Source: Hypanus sabinus
Lineage: Eukaryota
Length of the DNA: 64,000 nt
Assembly (NCBI RefSeq): GCF_030144855.1
Contig: NC_082736.1
Location: 6,820,001-6,884,000 of the forward strand
Direction of reading: 5' to 3'
The notes under the pieces were generated by a model. The model made no database searches, was not told where the DNA came from, and saw nothing but the letters and a program-made list of their open reading frames with translations. Position numbers and translations under genes: made by a program. Positions 34,771 to 47,247 of the stretch are shown here, in pieces; positions within the stretch are counted from its first letter, which is position 1; each line of letters opens with the position of its first letter.

Positions 34771-36569
34771 TGAGCACAGTGGCACCGAGGGGCTGAAGTG
34801 TGTTTGTGTCAGTGCCGGGTGTGGAACAGTTAATGCAGATGTACTTAGAGCCTGAATTAGTACATGGCACAGTGATTCAGCCATTACAGAGAAGGGCAGG
34901 ACTGGTAGCGAAACATTCCAGGATTCAGATTCAGACAGTCCAGAGGGAGGTGAATGAGGCTGGGGAGCTGTGCTGCTGATCAGGCAGAATGTCACAAATT
35001 CAAGGTCATCCAGTGAGACAATGTGGGGGGAACTCAGTAATGAGAAATGTGATGGGGTTGTACTGTAGGAATAGATAATGTCAGCAGATTGTGGACTGAT
35101 GTAAAAACAATAGAGTAGCTTTGGTGAGTGAATAAACTCCCCAGTGACTGGGATTCCCTTAACACCTGAGACTTGGATGGGGCATTATTTGTTAAATGTG
35201 TTCAGCAAGGTTTCCTGAAACAGTATGTAGATGGTCCACCAGGGAGGGAGATATTCTTGACTTTGGCTTGGGAAATATGGGACTCACCAAAGTGGTGGCG
35301 GGAACAACCAGTGTTCAAAGAGGAATTAGACAGGTCCTTCAGGGGAAATAACCAGCAGAGCTGTGGGGACAGAGTGGGGAATTGGACTGTGGAAATGTTG
35401 TAGCAGGAGTTGGTATAAACTTGATGGGTCAGATAGTCCAGACCATCCCAGAATGATCCTGTGACCAATAACAGTCTGAAAAAATCATTCTGGTCTCCAG
35501 TCAATCTTCCAAACTCCAGGGTGGACAAGATCAATTGTGTAATGCTGACAGACTTCTGTAAAAACACTGACACTGTATTCCAAGCACACTGAGCTGCCAG
35601 AGCACAGCACCAGCCAGTGAGGACACAGACCAGTACAACACCCGGCTCTCGACTACAAAGTTCAAAGCTGAAAGTAAATATATTACCAAAATCATTTCTG
35701 TCACGATATGCAAAACTGTGATTAATTTTCTTGTGTGAAATGTGTGGTTTAAAGAGGATAGGAGGAAAACTGTCCTCTTTCTCCAGAAGGTGGTTACAAT
35801 CAGGAACACACTGCCTGCGGGGGTGGTGCAGGCTGGTATTTAAGGACCATCTGATTGAGCATTTGAATCACCAGGGCAGGGTAGGAGACAGACCAAGTGC
35901 TGAGTTAGTGGAGACAGATTCTCAATGGTCAGTATAGACATGCAGAAACCACAGACTGTGAAAGTTCAGTGGGAACCTGGAACACTGAACTTCAGGATGG
36001 ACTTACCTAAAACACTCAGGACCCAGGACAATGGATTTCGGTTGGACAAATGTATTAATGGTCAAATAGTGAACCAAACCCCTCAAAAGGCTACCAAAAT
36101 GCTCCCACTCCCTGTGAACCAGTACCAGGACTTTTATATGAGAATTTGGTGAAGAGCTGGTTAATATTAGGAGATAGCTAACAGCTTAGTCAAAGTGGGA
36201 GGGTGCAGATATCTTCTCAGAGTATAATGCGTTCAGTGGAACAAGCTCACAGCTGAGAATGAAGATAACAAACCCCACTGCAGTGGAGGACTGCTGTTGC
36301 CAGGGTTGTCCAGGACAGAAACAGACCCTCTGCCCCATCACATTTATGCTCCCCATCACGCACAGCTACAATAATCCCACTTTCCTGCATTAGTTTCATA
36401 TCCCTGCAGGCCTTGCTCATTTCACTGAAGTACCTATGCATGTGTCTCTAATATTGTTACACAGTTCCCTGTATGTGGCAGCACAGAGAGACAGGGTTGT
36501 GTGTTCTACTTTCCTTTTAAGCCAAAGGACTGCCTCTCATTAGAATTGTACAAAACTGTTTAAAGACAG

Positions 36570-37470
36570 ATTTAAAGGGGATCTGAAGGGTACATACTTC
36601 ACACAGAGAATAGCTGCTATCCTAAGTCAGCTGCCAGAGGAGGTGTGGGGGCAGAAACCCACGAAGTCTCTGTTCATTAAACCTTCTCAGGAACCTGTCA
36701 TTCACTGTGTACATCCTGCCCTGGTTGAACTGCCCAGAATAGAGTCAGTGATTTATACAGAACTGAAACCATCCCTTCGATAAAACTCATCCACGCCGAC
36801 CAAGTTGTCGACCTGAACTCGTCCCATCCGCCTGCATTAGGCCCGTGTCCCTCTCAACCTTTCCTATCCATGTAACTGTACAAATATGGTTTAAATATTG
36901 TACCTGAGGCAGAGAGCCGGTGCGGTGAGGCGCTGACAGACACTCACTGTTCCGAGGGCGGGAAGAGGAGAGGCCGATTCCCACAGTGGAGCCGAAACCC
37001 AAAGTAGAGACCGACTCCACTTTACCACAACCCCGTGTCCACCATCCCGGACCGTTCCCCAGGAAACGACGTCGGTGGAACTGGTACCTCTGTGACGTCA
37101 GCGCGTCACGATCCGGCAAATCGATTTGTCACGTGATGTCAGTCAGCAGCCTGGGGGCGGGGCAGAGGGAGCTGTCAATCAGTGGAGCCGCTGAAAAACT
37201 TTTGAGAATTGTAAACAGAGTGGGAATAGTGGGGGATTTCGGTGAATGGTGACCCCTCTCCCTCCCTCGGGAATTCAGTGTGTTATAGACAGTAATATTC
37301 TTATTGTAATTTCTCTTCGGTCTCATAAATGCTTATTTTGTATATTTTTGTTTCGATGATCTTTTATAATTTTGGGTAAAAAACATTGCAACAAGATCAC
37401 TGAACATTTCATGAAAAAAGAAAGTTACGGAAAAATATACAAAGCCAAAAATTTAATCCAAAATAAGTTG
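36570..37470 (-). promoter_or_regulatory. CpG-rich Pol II promoter and putative non-coding first exon module, copy 1
   Basis: CRE TGACGTCA (37093), E-box CACGTG (37130), GC box GGGGCGGGG (37154), donor-like ACA|GTGAGT on the minus strand near 36942-36950; duplicated at 47248-48175. Confidence 0.6.
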
Positions 37471-38468
37471 TTATCACAATACGCATATGTCACCATATAG
37501 CCCAAAGTACAAAGTAAAATTTATTCTCCCAATACAGACGTGTCACCAGATACAACGCTGAGTTTCTTTTTCTGCGGGTATTCTTAGCAAAACTATAGAA
37601 CAGTAACTGTGAACTGTAGATATGAGGAACTATAAACTGTTATCAAACTGTGCAAATGCAGAAAATTAAATAGGAATAAATATCGAACATGAATTAACGA
37701 TATAACATAATCCTGAAATGAATGTAAATATCCGCTTTTGTTCAAGCCCCTGATGGTTGAGGGGTAGTAACTGTTCTTGAACCTGGCGCTGCGAGTCCTG
37801 AGGTACCTGTACCTTCTGCCTGATGGTTGCAGTGAGAAAAGTGCATTGTCTGGGTGGTGAGGATCTTTGATGATTTATGTTGCTTTCCTACAGCAATATT
37901 TCATGTGGAAATGCTCAGTGGTAATGATTTTTTTAACTGTGATATACCTGGGCTGAATCCACCACCCTTATGGTATTTTCCACTCAAAGGCCTATGTTCC
38001 TATCTGTTCCAAATGTTCCACTATGTTCCTTTCCCAGGCTGTATTACAGCCAGTCAGCACACTTTCCACCACACATTTATAGAAGCTTGCCAAGGTTTTC
38101 AATGACAGGCTGAACCTCCGCAGAGTCCTGAGCAAGTACAGGTGCTGTTGTGCTTTCATTGTATAAGGTCCAGGACAGGTCCGGAATTCAAAATTACTGA
38201 CTCTCTCCAACTCAGTTCGTCCTTTGAGTACTGGCTCCCGTATCTCCCGTTTCCTCTCCTAAAGTCCACAATCAGTCCCTTGGTTTACTGTCATTGAGTA
38301 AGTGGTTGTTGTTATTATGTCAATCCACCAAATTTCGATCTCCCTCCTGTATGATAATTCATAACTCCCTTTGTTACAGCTCACAACAGTAGTGTAATCA
38401 GTAAACTTGTAACACAGACAAAATGCTGGTGAACGCAGCAGGCCAGGCAACATCTATAGGAAGAAGTA

Positions 38469-38506
38469 CAGTCGATGTTTCGGGCCAAGACCCTTCGTCA
38501 GGACCA
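38469..38506 (-). ncRNA. Minimal hammerhead ribozyme motif (Penelope-type), probably degenerate
   Basis: UGGUC CUGACGA A GGG-UCUUGG-CCC GAA ACAU C GACUG: the core boxes and stems I and II are present, but the stem III palindrome ACGU reads ACAU. Confidence 0.6.
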
Positions 38507-38784
38507 ACTGAAAGAAGAGATAGTAGGAGACTTGAAAGTGGGAGGGAGAGGGGGAGATCCGAAATGATAGGAGAAGACCAGAGAGAGAGAGAGATGAAGC
38601 TAAGAGCTGGAAAGTTGATTGGCAAAAGGGGTACACAGCTGGAGAAGGGAAAGGACCATGTGACGGGAGGCTGAGGGAAAGAAAGGGGTAGTGGAGCACC
38701 AGAGGGAGCTGGACAGCAGGCAAGGAGTGAATGTGAAAGGGTCAGAGAGAGAAAAGTAAAGGAAAAAGCGGAAAAAGGGCGAAA

Positions 38785-38930
38785 ATAACAAACAAACAAA
38801 CAAATAAATAAATATATAAACAAACAAACAAATAAATAAATAAATAGATAGATAAATAAATGGATAAATGAATGGAATGTGGATGGGTGGATGAATGAAA
38901 AAGCAAACAATAAATAAATAAATAGATAGG
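38785..38930. repeat. Compound tetranucleotide microsatellite (AAAC/AAAT/AGAT/GGAT)
   Basis: Directly visible. Confidence 0.9.
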
Positions 38931-39723
38931 TGATGGGGTAAGGGGGGGCATTAACGGAAGTTAGAGCAATCAGTCTTCATGCCATCAGGTTGGAAGTTAC
39001 CCAGACAGAATATAAGGTTTTGTTCCTCCAACCTGAATGTGGCTTCATCTCGACAGTAGAGGAGGCCATAGATTGACATATCAGAATGGGAATGGGACGT
39101 GGAATTAAAACGTGTGGCCACTGGGAGATCCCCCATGTTTGTAAACTTGTATATGGTGTTGGAGCTGTACTTAGCCACACAGACATAGGTCGAAAGCGAG
39201 TGGAGCTGGGGGCTAAGCTCACGTCCCTGTGGTGCTCCTGTGCTGACAGAGATTGTGGCGGAGATGTTTTTGCCAATCCGAACTGACAGCGGTTTGCAAC
39301 TGAGGAAATCCAGGAACCAATCGCACAGGTGTGTATTGATGCCCATGTCTTGCAGTGTGCTGATTAGTTTTGAGGGGATGGTGGTGTTAAATGTTGAGCT
39401 GTAGTCAATAAAGTTTATCCAGATGTTTGCTTCTTCGCTGTCCAGATGTTCCAGAGTTGTGTAAAGAGCCAACGAGACACATCTGCTGTTGCTTCAGTAG
39501 GAGAATTAGAGAGGATGCAAGTCACCATTCAGACAAGAGCTGATATGCTTCAAAACCTGCCTCTCAAAACATATGTGGTTTCAGCGTTTTCAGTTTTAAG
39601 TAGTCTGTCACACTCTGGTGCAAACCATTCATGTAGACCGTGTAAAGCCAGGTCACATCATCGATTGTTAATCACCATCTTGCACAGCTGGAGTGGACCA
39701 TTTACAGAAACCTATTCTAGATT

Positions 39724-39744
39724 GTCTCTGTGGCGCAATCGGTC

Positions 39745-39780
<36 letters not shown>

Positions 39781-39797
39781 GAGCCCACCTAGGGACG
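39724..39797 (+). tRNA. trnN-GTT: tRNA-Asn(GTT)
   Basis: GTCTCTGTGGCGCAATCGGTCAGCGCGTTCGGCTGTTAACCGAAAGGTTGGTGGTTCGAGCCCACCTAGGGACG; intact cloverleaf with G7-U66 wobble; TTTT at 39813-39816. Confidence 0.95.
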
Positions 39798-39929
39798 CTG
39801 GTGCCCAGCAGGTTTTGCTACTGTTTTGCCCGCTGGGAAATGCTGCGCTATTCCTGCTACTGCCTCACCACCTTCAGTGGCATTTAAAATGCTTGTTGTC
39901 GCGTACCGAGGTACAGAAAGCTGTTCCGA

Positions 39930-40490
39930 GAGATCAAATCAAAGTATTGAGTATAAGAGTTGGAATGTCATGGTGAGGCTGTATAAAACATTGGTGGGAC
40001 CGTATTTGGAGTATTGTGTGCAGTTTTGGTCACCTAATTACAGGAAGGATATTAATAAGGTTGAAAGAGTGCAAAGACAGTTTACAAGGATGTTGCAGGG
40101 ACTTGAGAAACTGAGTTACAGAGAAAGGTTGAACAGGTTAGTACTTTATTCCCTGGAGCGTGGGAGAATGATGGGTGATTTGATAGAGGTGTATAAATTT
40201 ATGGTGGGTATAGATAGAGTGAATGCAAGCAGGCTTTTTCCACTGAGGCCAGTGTAGAAATAAAACAGAAGTCATGGGTTAAGGGTGAAGGGTGAGCTGC
40301 CAGATGAAGTGGTGAATGCGGGATCACTTTGACATTTAAGAAAAACTTGGACAGGTACATGGATGAGAGGGGTTTGGAGAGATATGGCCCAGGTGCGGGT
40401 CAGTGGGACTAGGCAGAAAAATGATTCGGCACAGCCACGAAGGGCCAAGAGGCCTGTTTCTGAGCTGTAATGTTCTGTGGTTCTATGAGT
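39930..40490 (+). mobile_element. CR1 LINE 3' fragment
   Basis: IEYKSW.VM.RLYKTLV.PYLEYCVQFWSP.YRKD...ERVQR.FTRML and a CR1 3' UTR. Confidence 0.88.
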
Positions 40491-40639
40491 GTGTAAGATC
40501 CGCTTCTCTTTGTCCATAAGTGTGTGTTGCCTCGAGCGACATCCTTGGAACTAACCGACTTGCCGGGTCTAATGTCGTCGTTTTGATTTAGTTTGGTCAT
40601 TTAGTTGGAGTCTAATTGGTTTCATCCCACATCGGTCCT

Positions 40640-42385
40640 CGACCATCTTATTTTCACTAAGGATGTCCAAACCCAATACACGTCCAGCAACTCCACACCC
40701 CCCGCACCAGGAAGGTCTCAAAGCTCTCCGCTTCCATCTGGATAACAAACCCAGCCAGCGCCCCTCTACCACCGTTCACCTCCTTCCGGCCGAACGTCCT
40801 CCCACTTCCATTAAACACACGGTGTAGCCACGGACGCTGCCATGGGTCCCAGCTGTGCCTGCCTGTTTGTCGGTTACGTGGACCAGTCTCTGTTCCAAGC
40901 CAACACTGGTATCGCTCCCTCACTTTTCCTGTACTGCATACATAAACGGCAGCATTGCGGTTCTTTCTGCACCCGCGTGGAACTTGTCCACTTCATCAGC
41001 TTTGCTTGTAACTTCCACCCAGCCCAAAATTTTACCTGGTCCCTATCGGACACCTCCCTCCCTTTACTCGATCTCTCTGTCTCTATCTCTGCAGACAGCT
41101 TGTCTCCTGATGCCTGTTATAACCACAGAGACTCCCACAGCAACCTGGACTACACCTCTTCCGACCCCGTTACATGTAACAATGCCAGTCCCTTCTCTCA
41201 ATTCCTCCGTGTCTGCAGGAGGTTCATGCAAGAGCAAAGGAGATATCGTGTTTTTTTCAAAGAAAGGGGCCTCCTTTCTTCCACCATCAAAGCTGCCCTC
41301 AACAGAAACTCTCCCATTTTGCTCACGTCTGCCCTCACCCCATTCTCGCGCCCTCCGCCAGGATAGGGTTCGTCTTGTGGTCACCTACCTCCCCCCCCCC
41401 TCCACCAGCTTCCGCCTCCAGAACACAATTCTCGGTAACTTCCGCCATCTCCAGCGTGATCCCACCACGAAACACATTTTCCTCCCTCCTCTACTTTCTG
41501 CAGGGATCCCATGTGAATCCCATGTGCGTTCAACCCTCCCACTGATCTCTCTCCTGGCCCTCATCCTTGCAAGTGAAACAAGTGCCCCTACACATCCGCC
41601 CTCATCACCATTCAGGGCCCCAAGAAATCCTTCCAAGTAAGGGGACACCTCAGCTGTGAGTCTTTCAGGATCATCTACCGTGTCCAGTTTGTCCAGTGTG
41701 GCCTCCTGTATATCGGTGAGACCCGCCACAGATTAGGAGTCCACTTCAGTGAGCACCTTACACTCCGTCCACCAGAACAAGCGAGATCTCCCAGTGGCCA
41801 CCCATTTTAATTCCACTTCCCGTTCCAATGCCGACGAAATAGCCCATTAGCCCGAGGTCTCCTGTATTGTCACGATGAGGCTACACTCAGGGTGGAAGAG
41901 CAACACATTATATTCCGTGTGGGTAGCCTCCAACCTGATGGCATGAACATCGATTTCTCAAACGTCCGGTAATGCCCCCTCCTTCACGAAGCCCCATTCT
42001 CTTTTCCATTTCTAACCTTCTAACCTTATCCGTTACCTGTCCGTCACCTCCCCCTGGTGTTCCTCTCCCTTTTCCTTCTTCCATGGCCTTCTCCCCTTCC
42101 CTGTTATCCAGCCCAGTATCTCTTTCACCAATCAAAGTTTCAGGTCTTTAATTTAACAGACACCCCCCCTCCCCCCACTGGTTTCACCTGTCACCTCGTG
42201 TTTCTTCCTCCTCCATCCCCCCCACCCTTCACCGTCTGGCTCTGATTCCTCGTTGTTGTTTCTCCAGCCGGGATGAAGGGACTCGGCCCGAAACGTCCAC
42301 TCTATTTTTCCCACAGGTGCTACATGGCCTGCTGACTTCTTCCAACATTTTCTGTGTTGCTTGGATTTCCATCACCTGCGATTTT
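40640..42385 (+). mobile_element. Penelope-like retroelement (RT plus GIY-YIG endonuclease, frameshifted) with 3' terminal repeat
   Basis: AMGPS.ACLFVGYV.QS.FQ, LP.LDLSVSIS, DSHS.LDYTSS, PFSQFLR, IY...C..CGLLYIGETR.RLG; decayed hammerhead at 42265-42302. Confidence 0.88.
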
Positions 42386-43105
42386 ATCTCTGTGCCTCTA
42401 TCCATGTCGCTGCACACTAACATATTCATGTGTCTATCTAAAAACATCGTACACCCTTCCGTCTCTGAACCTGGCAGCCCGTTCCTAGCACCCGCCCCAC
42501 TCCGTCTGAAAACGTGAGCCGCACATCTTCTTTAAACTCTCTCCCACTCCGACCTTACATTCATTCCCACTAGAATTTCAAATCCTTACCCTGGGAACCC
42601 ATTCTGACTCTGCCTAATCTATGTCTCTCAAAAAAAAAACAAAATGCTGGCAGACGTCGTCACTCCCTCCTCCCATAGATGCTGTCTGGCCTGCTGAGAT
42701 CTGCCAGCATTTTGTGTTTTTATTCATTTCCAGCATCTGCAGATTCACTCGTGTTGCCCAGTCTCTCATAACTTTCTACCTCATAATTCGATCAAGTTTC
42801 ATCTCAAGCTCTGACATTACAATAAAAGCTCAAACACATTAATCAGGCAACGTCCGGGCAATGCTTTATAAATCCTGTCGATCCTTCCTGTGAAATGTCC
42901 ATTCTTGCTGAATCTGGAATAGATCAGAACAGGATTTAACGGGAAACTCTTGAGCGATGTTAATTCTATCTCTGATCCACGACACAGTGGATGATAACTA
43001 ATGAACCAGACAATTATAGTGAGTCATTACTCGGCCCTTGGAGTTCCGCGTAGACCGTGTCAATGTAAGAGGTTTAGTTGTTCTGTAGTCTAAAACTGTA
43101 CAACC

Positions 43106-43177
43106 TGCGATGGCCGGGAATCGAACCCGGGTCAACTGCTTGGAAGGCAGCTATACTCACCACTATACCACCATCGC
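43106..43177 (-). tRNA. trnG-TCC: tRNA-Gly(TCC)
   Basis: GCGATGGTGGTATAGTGGTGAGTATAGCTGCCTTCCAAGCAGTTGACCCGGGTTCGATTCCCGGCCATCGCA; all stems pair; T4 about 10 nt downstream. Confidence 0.96.
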
Positions 43178-43779
43178 TCAATGATGTTGCCAAGGATTTC
43201 AGGTAGTGAGGGGTCTTCCATAGTTCCGTGTGACTCCTTCAGTCTCCAGGCTGCTGATTAAAATCTGGGCTGAAATGGAAAAGTCAGTTACAGGCCAAAT
43301 CGAGGTGGCGGGGAAAAGGCCCCAAATCATATCAAAGCGACTGAAACCAATGTTTGGACAACAATTTAGATGCGGGGACAAATTGAAAAGGTCAGATTGT
43401 TCTGCCTAAGGCCAGGGAGAAACCGGTTCAGTTCGCTGCTCCACTCTGCACTGAACTAAGCATCTGTGCACAAACTCTCTTTGAGCATTTCAGTTCAAAA
43501 CGCTACAGAATTTGCTTGTGTTTATTGTTTGCAGGATTTGTCTTTCTTTCTGCACATTGGGTGTTTGATGGTCTTATTTTATTAGTGGCTTCTTTCAGCT
43601 TTCTTTGTTTCACGACAGCCTGTTTGAAACAAACCTCAAAGTTGTATAATGTATACATACTTTGATAATAAATTCACTTTGTACGTTGATTCAAAAACCT
43701 GATGCTTGAGGAATAAAATAAGGACAAAAAGATAACCAACTCAAAAGTGATTCTCTTTTAATTACAGGCCAGGATGCAG

Positions 43780-45450
43780 AAGAGAGCAAAATGACAAATA
43801 TTCTACACCTTTTTAAGAATTGTAATAGGGACAAGACGAGAAACTATACCCTGGTGACTCTTACATTAGTGGTAGGGATATTATAAATTGCTGATATTAT
43901 TGGAAAAGATATTTAACGATAGGATCAGCTTGCATCTGTAGAAGCATAAACAATTTCAGAGTAGCCACTATCGCATTGCATGGGCAACGTCAAGTCTCGC
44001 GAACATGGCCGAACGTTTTAAGTGACAAATTCAATCGATGAGAGCTGGGTAGTGGGTGTAGGACACAAGGACTTTGGTAAAGCTTTCAACAAGAGTCCCC
44101 ATGGTGGGCTGATCCACAGCATGGAAGCACATGGCTCAAAAGAAATTTGGAAGAGTATATTCAAAATGCAGCTTGTTCAGAGAACACAGAAGGTAATGGT
44201 TGAGGGGTGTGATTCTGACTGGAGACCTGTAAACAGTGGGGCCCACAAGGAATTCTACTCTTTGTGAAATGATTTGGATGAAAGTGAAGGAGGGCTGATT
44301 TGTTGGTCTGCAGAGACACAGAAATTGGTGCAGTTATGGATCGTGAGGAAAGTGTCAAGGGTTTCAGCAAAACATAGACCGGCAGGAAATGTGGGCAGAG
44401 AAATGGGAGATAAATCGGTGTACTCTGGGAAGTCAAATGTCAGAGGATTTCTTTGGAATTCCTCTCCCCATCAGAGTGGCTGGAATTACAGTTACGGCAG
44501 TAACATGCTCCACCTCAGGATGTGGGAGTCACTCAGTGTCCCTGATAACTTCACATGAGGGAAGTGCACCGAGGTGCAGCTCCTGACTGACCGTGTGAAG
44601 GAAATGAAGATGGACATGGACAGACCGAGAGTTTCCAGGATGCTGAGACCAGAGATTCACGAGTTGGTCACAACCGACGTCAGGCTGCAGATTGTTGGGT
44701 GACCACCATGACGGAAAGGTGAAGAGACACACGGTGCAATGTCTCCCTGTGGCCGTGACACTCAGCAACAAGTAGACTCCTTAGGATACCCCTGGGATGA
44801 CAAACCAGAGACAGCAGCCCGCCAGGTCGGTGGTACTGAGACCCCAGACCGATGCTCCACGGGAGGAATGGTCAAGCAGAGCAGTGATGACAGCAGACTC
44901 ACAGTACAGGGGATGTGCAGGAGATTCTGTGGCAGCCACAGAGATGACACGATGGTGTGTCGCCTCCTGGGTACTGGGGTCAGGTCCGTCTCAGATGTGC
45001 AGGATTTCCTAAAGATAAACTTGCCAGTCGAGTCAGTTGTAAGGAAACCAAATGTCGGCATTCATTTCAAGAGGACTACAATACAAAAACAAGGATGTAA
45101 GCATTGGTCCGATCACACTTGGAGTATTGTGAACTGTTTTGGGTCCCTTATCTAAAAAGCTACATGCTCGCATCGGAGAGGGTCCAGAGGAAGTTCACAA
45201 AAAAGATCCTGGCAATAAAAGGGTTAATGCACGGGGATTGTTTGATAGCTCTGGGCCTGTACTCTCAGGACTTTAGAAGAATGAGGGAATCTCATTGAAA
45301 CCGATCAACTATTGAAAGGCCTAGAATGGAGTGGGGAGGGTGTTTCCGATAATGTGTCTAGGACCACAGGGCACAGCCTCACAATACTAGGACATACTGT
45401 TAGAACAAAGATAAGGAGCAATTTCCTTAGTTAAGGGCAGTGAATCTGTG
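43780..45450 (+). mobile_element. Degenerate CR1 fragments (RT pieces and an ORF1 zinc-finger/esterase piece at about 44490-45010)
   Basis: DFGKAFNK.PH..L; C..C..WE...VPDNFT; RRFCG..RD..MVC.L.G.GV; VRSHLEYC..FW.PYL. Confidence 0.65.
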
Positions 45451-45454
45451 TAGC

Positions 45455-46580
45455 CTATGTCAGGATGTTGCTCATTGACTAGAGCTCAACGTTTAACACT
45501 ATCATTCCCACAGTCCTGATCAATAAGCTACAGAACCTGGTCCCTCTGCAAATGGATCCTCGACTTCCTAACCAGGAAACCACAATCTGGCTGCATCACT
45601 GCCTGGTATGGGAACTGTACCTCCCTTAATTGCAGCACAGCCCAGCGCATCTGTTGTTGTCAGCTTCCCATGATTCAGGATATTGACAAAGACAGGTGTG
45701 AGAAAAGGGCCCGAGGGATCATTGTGAATCCCCGTCACCCGAAGCACAATCTATTCCAGCAGCAACCATCCGGGAAACGGTACCACAGCACAAAAGACAG
45801 CACCAACAGGCTTCTGGACAGCTCCTTCCACCAGGCCATCAGACTGATTAACTCACGATGAATTGAGGGTACCTCTCTGTTACACTGGCTGTTCTATTTA
45901 TTATCAATTATTATAAATCACTGTGTTTGCACATTGCATATTTAGACAGAGACATAACGTAGATTTTTAATCCTCATGTATGTGAAAGATGCAAGAAATA
46001 AAGTCAATTCAAATATCTCCTCTTCACTGAAGATCAACACTGGCCCTGGTGCACCTCAAGGATGTGTGCTTAGCCAACTGCTCTACTCCCTCTAAGCCCA
46101 TGACGATGTGAAGAAATCTCACTCAAATGCAATCTAGAAATATGCTGCATACAACCATTGTTGGTAGAATCTCAGATGGAGATGATTGGACACACAGAAG
46201 TGAGATATACAAGCTAGTTGAGTGGTGTCACAACAACAACCTTGGGCTTAATGTCATTAAGACAAAACAGCTGATTGAAGTCAGGGTAAGATGAGGGAAC
46301 ACAAACCAATCCTCATCGAGGGATCAGCAGAGGATACAGTGAACAGTTTTAAGTTCCTGGGTGTCAATATCTCTATTGATGCAGTTACAGTATAAAGAAG
46401 GCAAGACAACGGATATATTTCATCAGGAGTTTGAAGATATTTGGTTTGTCACTTTAACACACCCAAAAACCGCTGTAGATGTATTCTATATATTATTTAT
46501 AGTATTTCTGTTTTTGCACTATTTTAATTTACTTAATATACACATCCATATATACAGTAATTTATTTATTGTTTCTATAT
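45455..46580 (+). mobile_element. Rex1-like fragments
   Basis: C.KRA.GI..P.HP.H.LF...PSGKRY.S.K..TNRL.DS...QAIRL.N and TGAPQGCVLS.LLYS. Confidence 0.7.
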
Positions 46581-47247
46581 TATGAAGTCCTTGGGTATAT
46601 GTGGAATTTCTCGATTGTGGGTGTGGAGGGTGGGATAAGAGTGTTTGAGAGGGTTAAGAGATCTGTCATGATCTCTTACTCCTGGCAGAATGGTGCAGCA
46701 GACTGGATGGGTCAAATGACCTAATTCTGCAGCTGGTCTGATTGTCTTGGAGCAGCTGCAGGACACTTCAAAGGCAGAGCAGCCGGACATCGTGGTGGAC
46801 GGTGCGTGTTGATAATAGCAACATAGGGATATGGAGGGTTGTGTCCTGTGCAGTCAGTTTAGAGAAATCAGACAGAAACTAAAAAGTAGTAAGCTCTGTA
46901 TTACTCCCAGTGACACTTGTTAGTGGGGGGAGATATAGAGAGATACCAGTGATGAATGTGCGGCTCAGGAGCCAGTTTCATGCATCAATGGGATATCTTC
47001 TAGGGATGGGTAGGCAGAAACTGTTCACTCCCCAGGGTCTTTTAGGGAAGCAACAGTTTTCTCCGTACTAAAACTGCACGGGATAGTTTTGATGTGACAG
47101 GGTGGAGTTTGAAAGGGAATCTGAAGGGTGAGTTGATGGATGTGAAAAAAATTATGTGAGGCATACAAAGGTTAGAGAAACAGAGGCTGTTTCCAGTGGT
47201 GTGGCTGTCTAAAGCTAAAGGGAATAGTTGTAAGGTAAGAGGGTGTG

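Larger units (their letters stand above)
38412..39140 (-). mobile_element. Penelope-like 3' fragment with 11-bp TSD and hammerhead motif
   Basis: DLPVATRFNS.SHS..DMS..GLLYC.DEAT.RLEEQ.LIF.LG..QPDGM; TSD GTAAACTTGTA at 38401-38411 and 39141-39151. Confidence 0.88.
37500..39570 (-). mobile_element. Rex1-like LINE RT remnant, split by a Penelope insertion
   Basis: FIDYSSTFNT.IPSKL..L, STGAPQG..LSP.L.SL.T..C, YKF.D.TTVV and KAQQHLY.LR.LRRF. Confidence 0.8.

Noticed and set aside
36900-37080. Known snRNA/snoRNA gene
   Set aside because: No recognisable U1-U7 sequence, Sm site or C/D boxes; the upstream motifs look like a general Pol II promoter.
38398-38951. Hydrophobic 'membrane protein' ORFs (FIYLFIYL...)
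   Set aside because: Translation of the tetranucleotide microsatellite.
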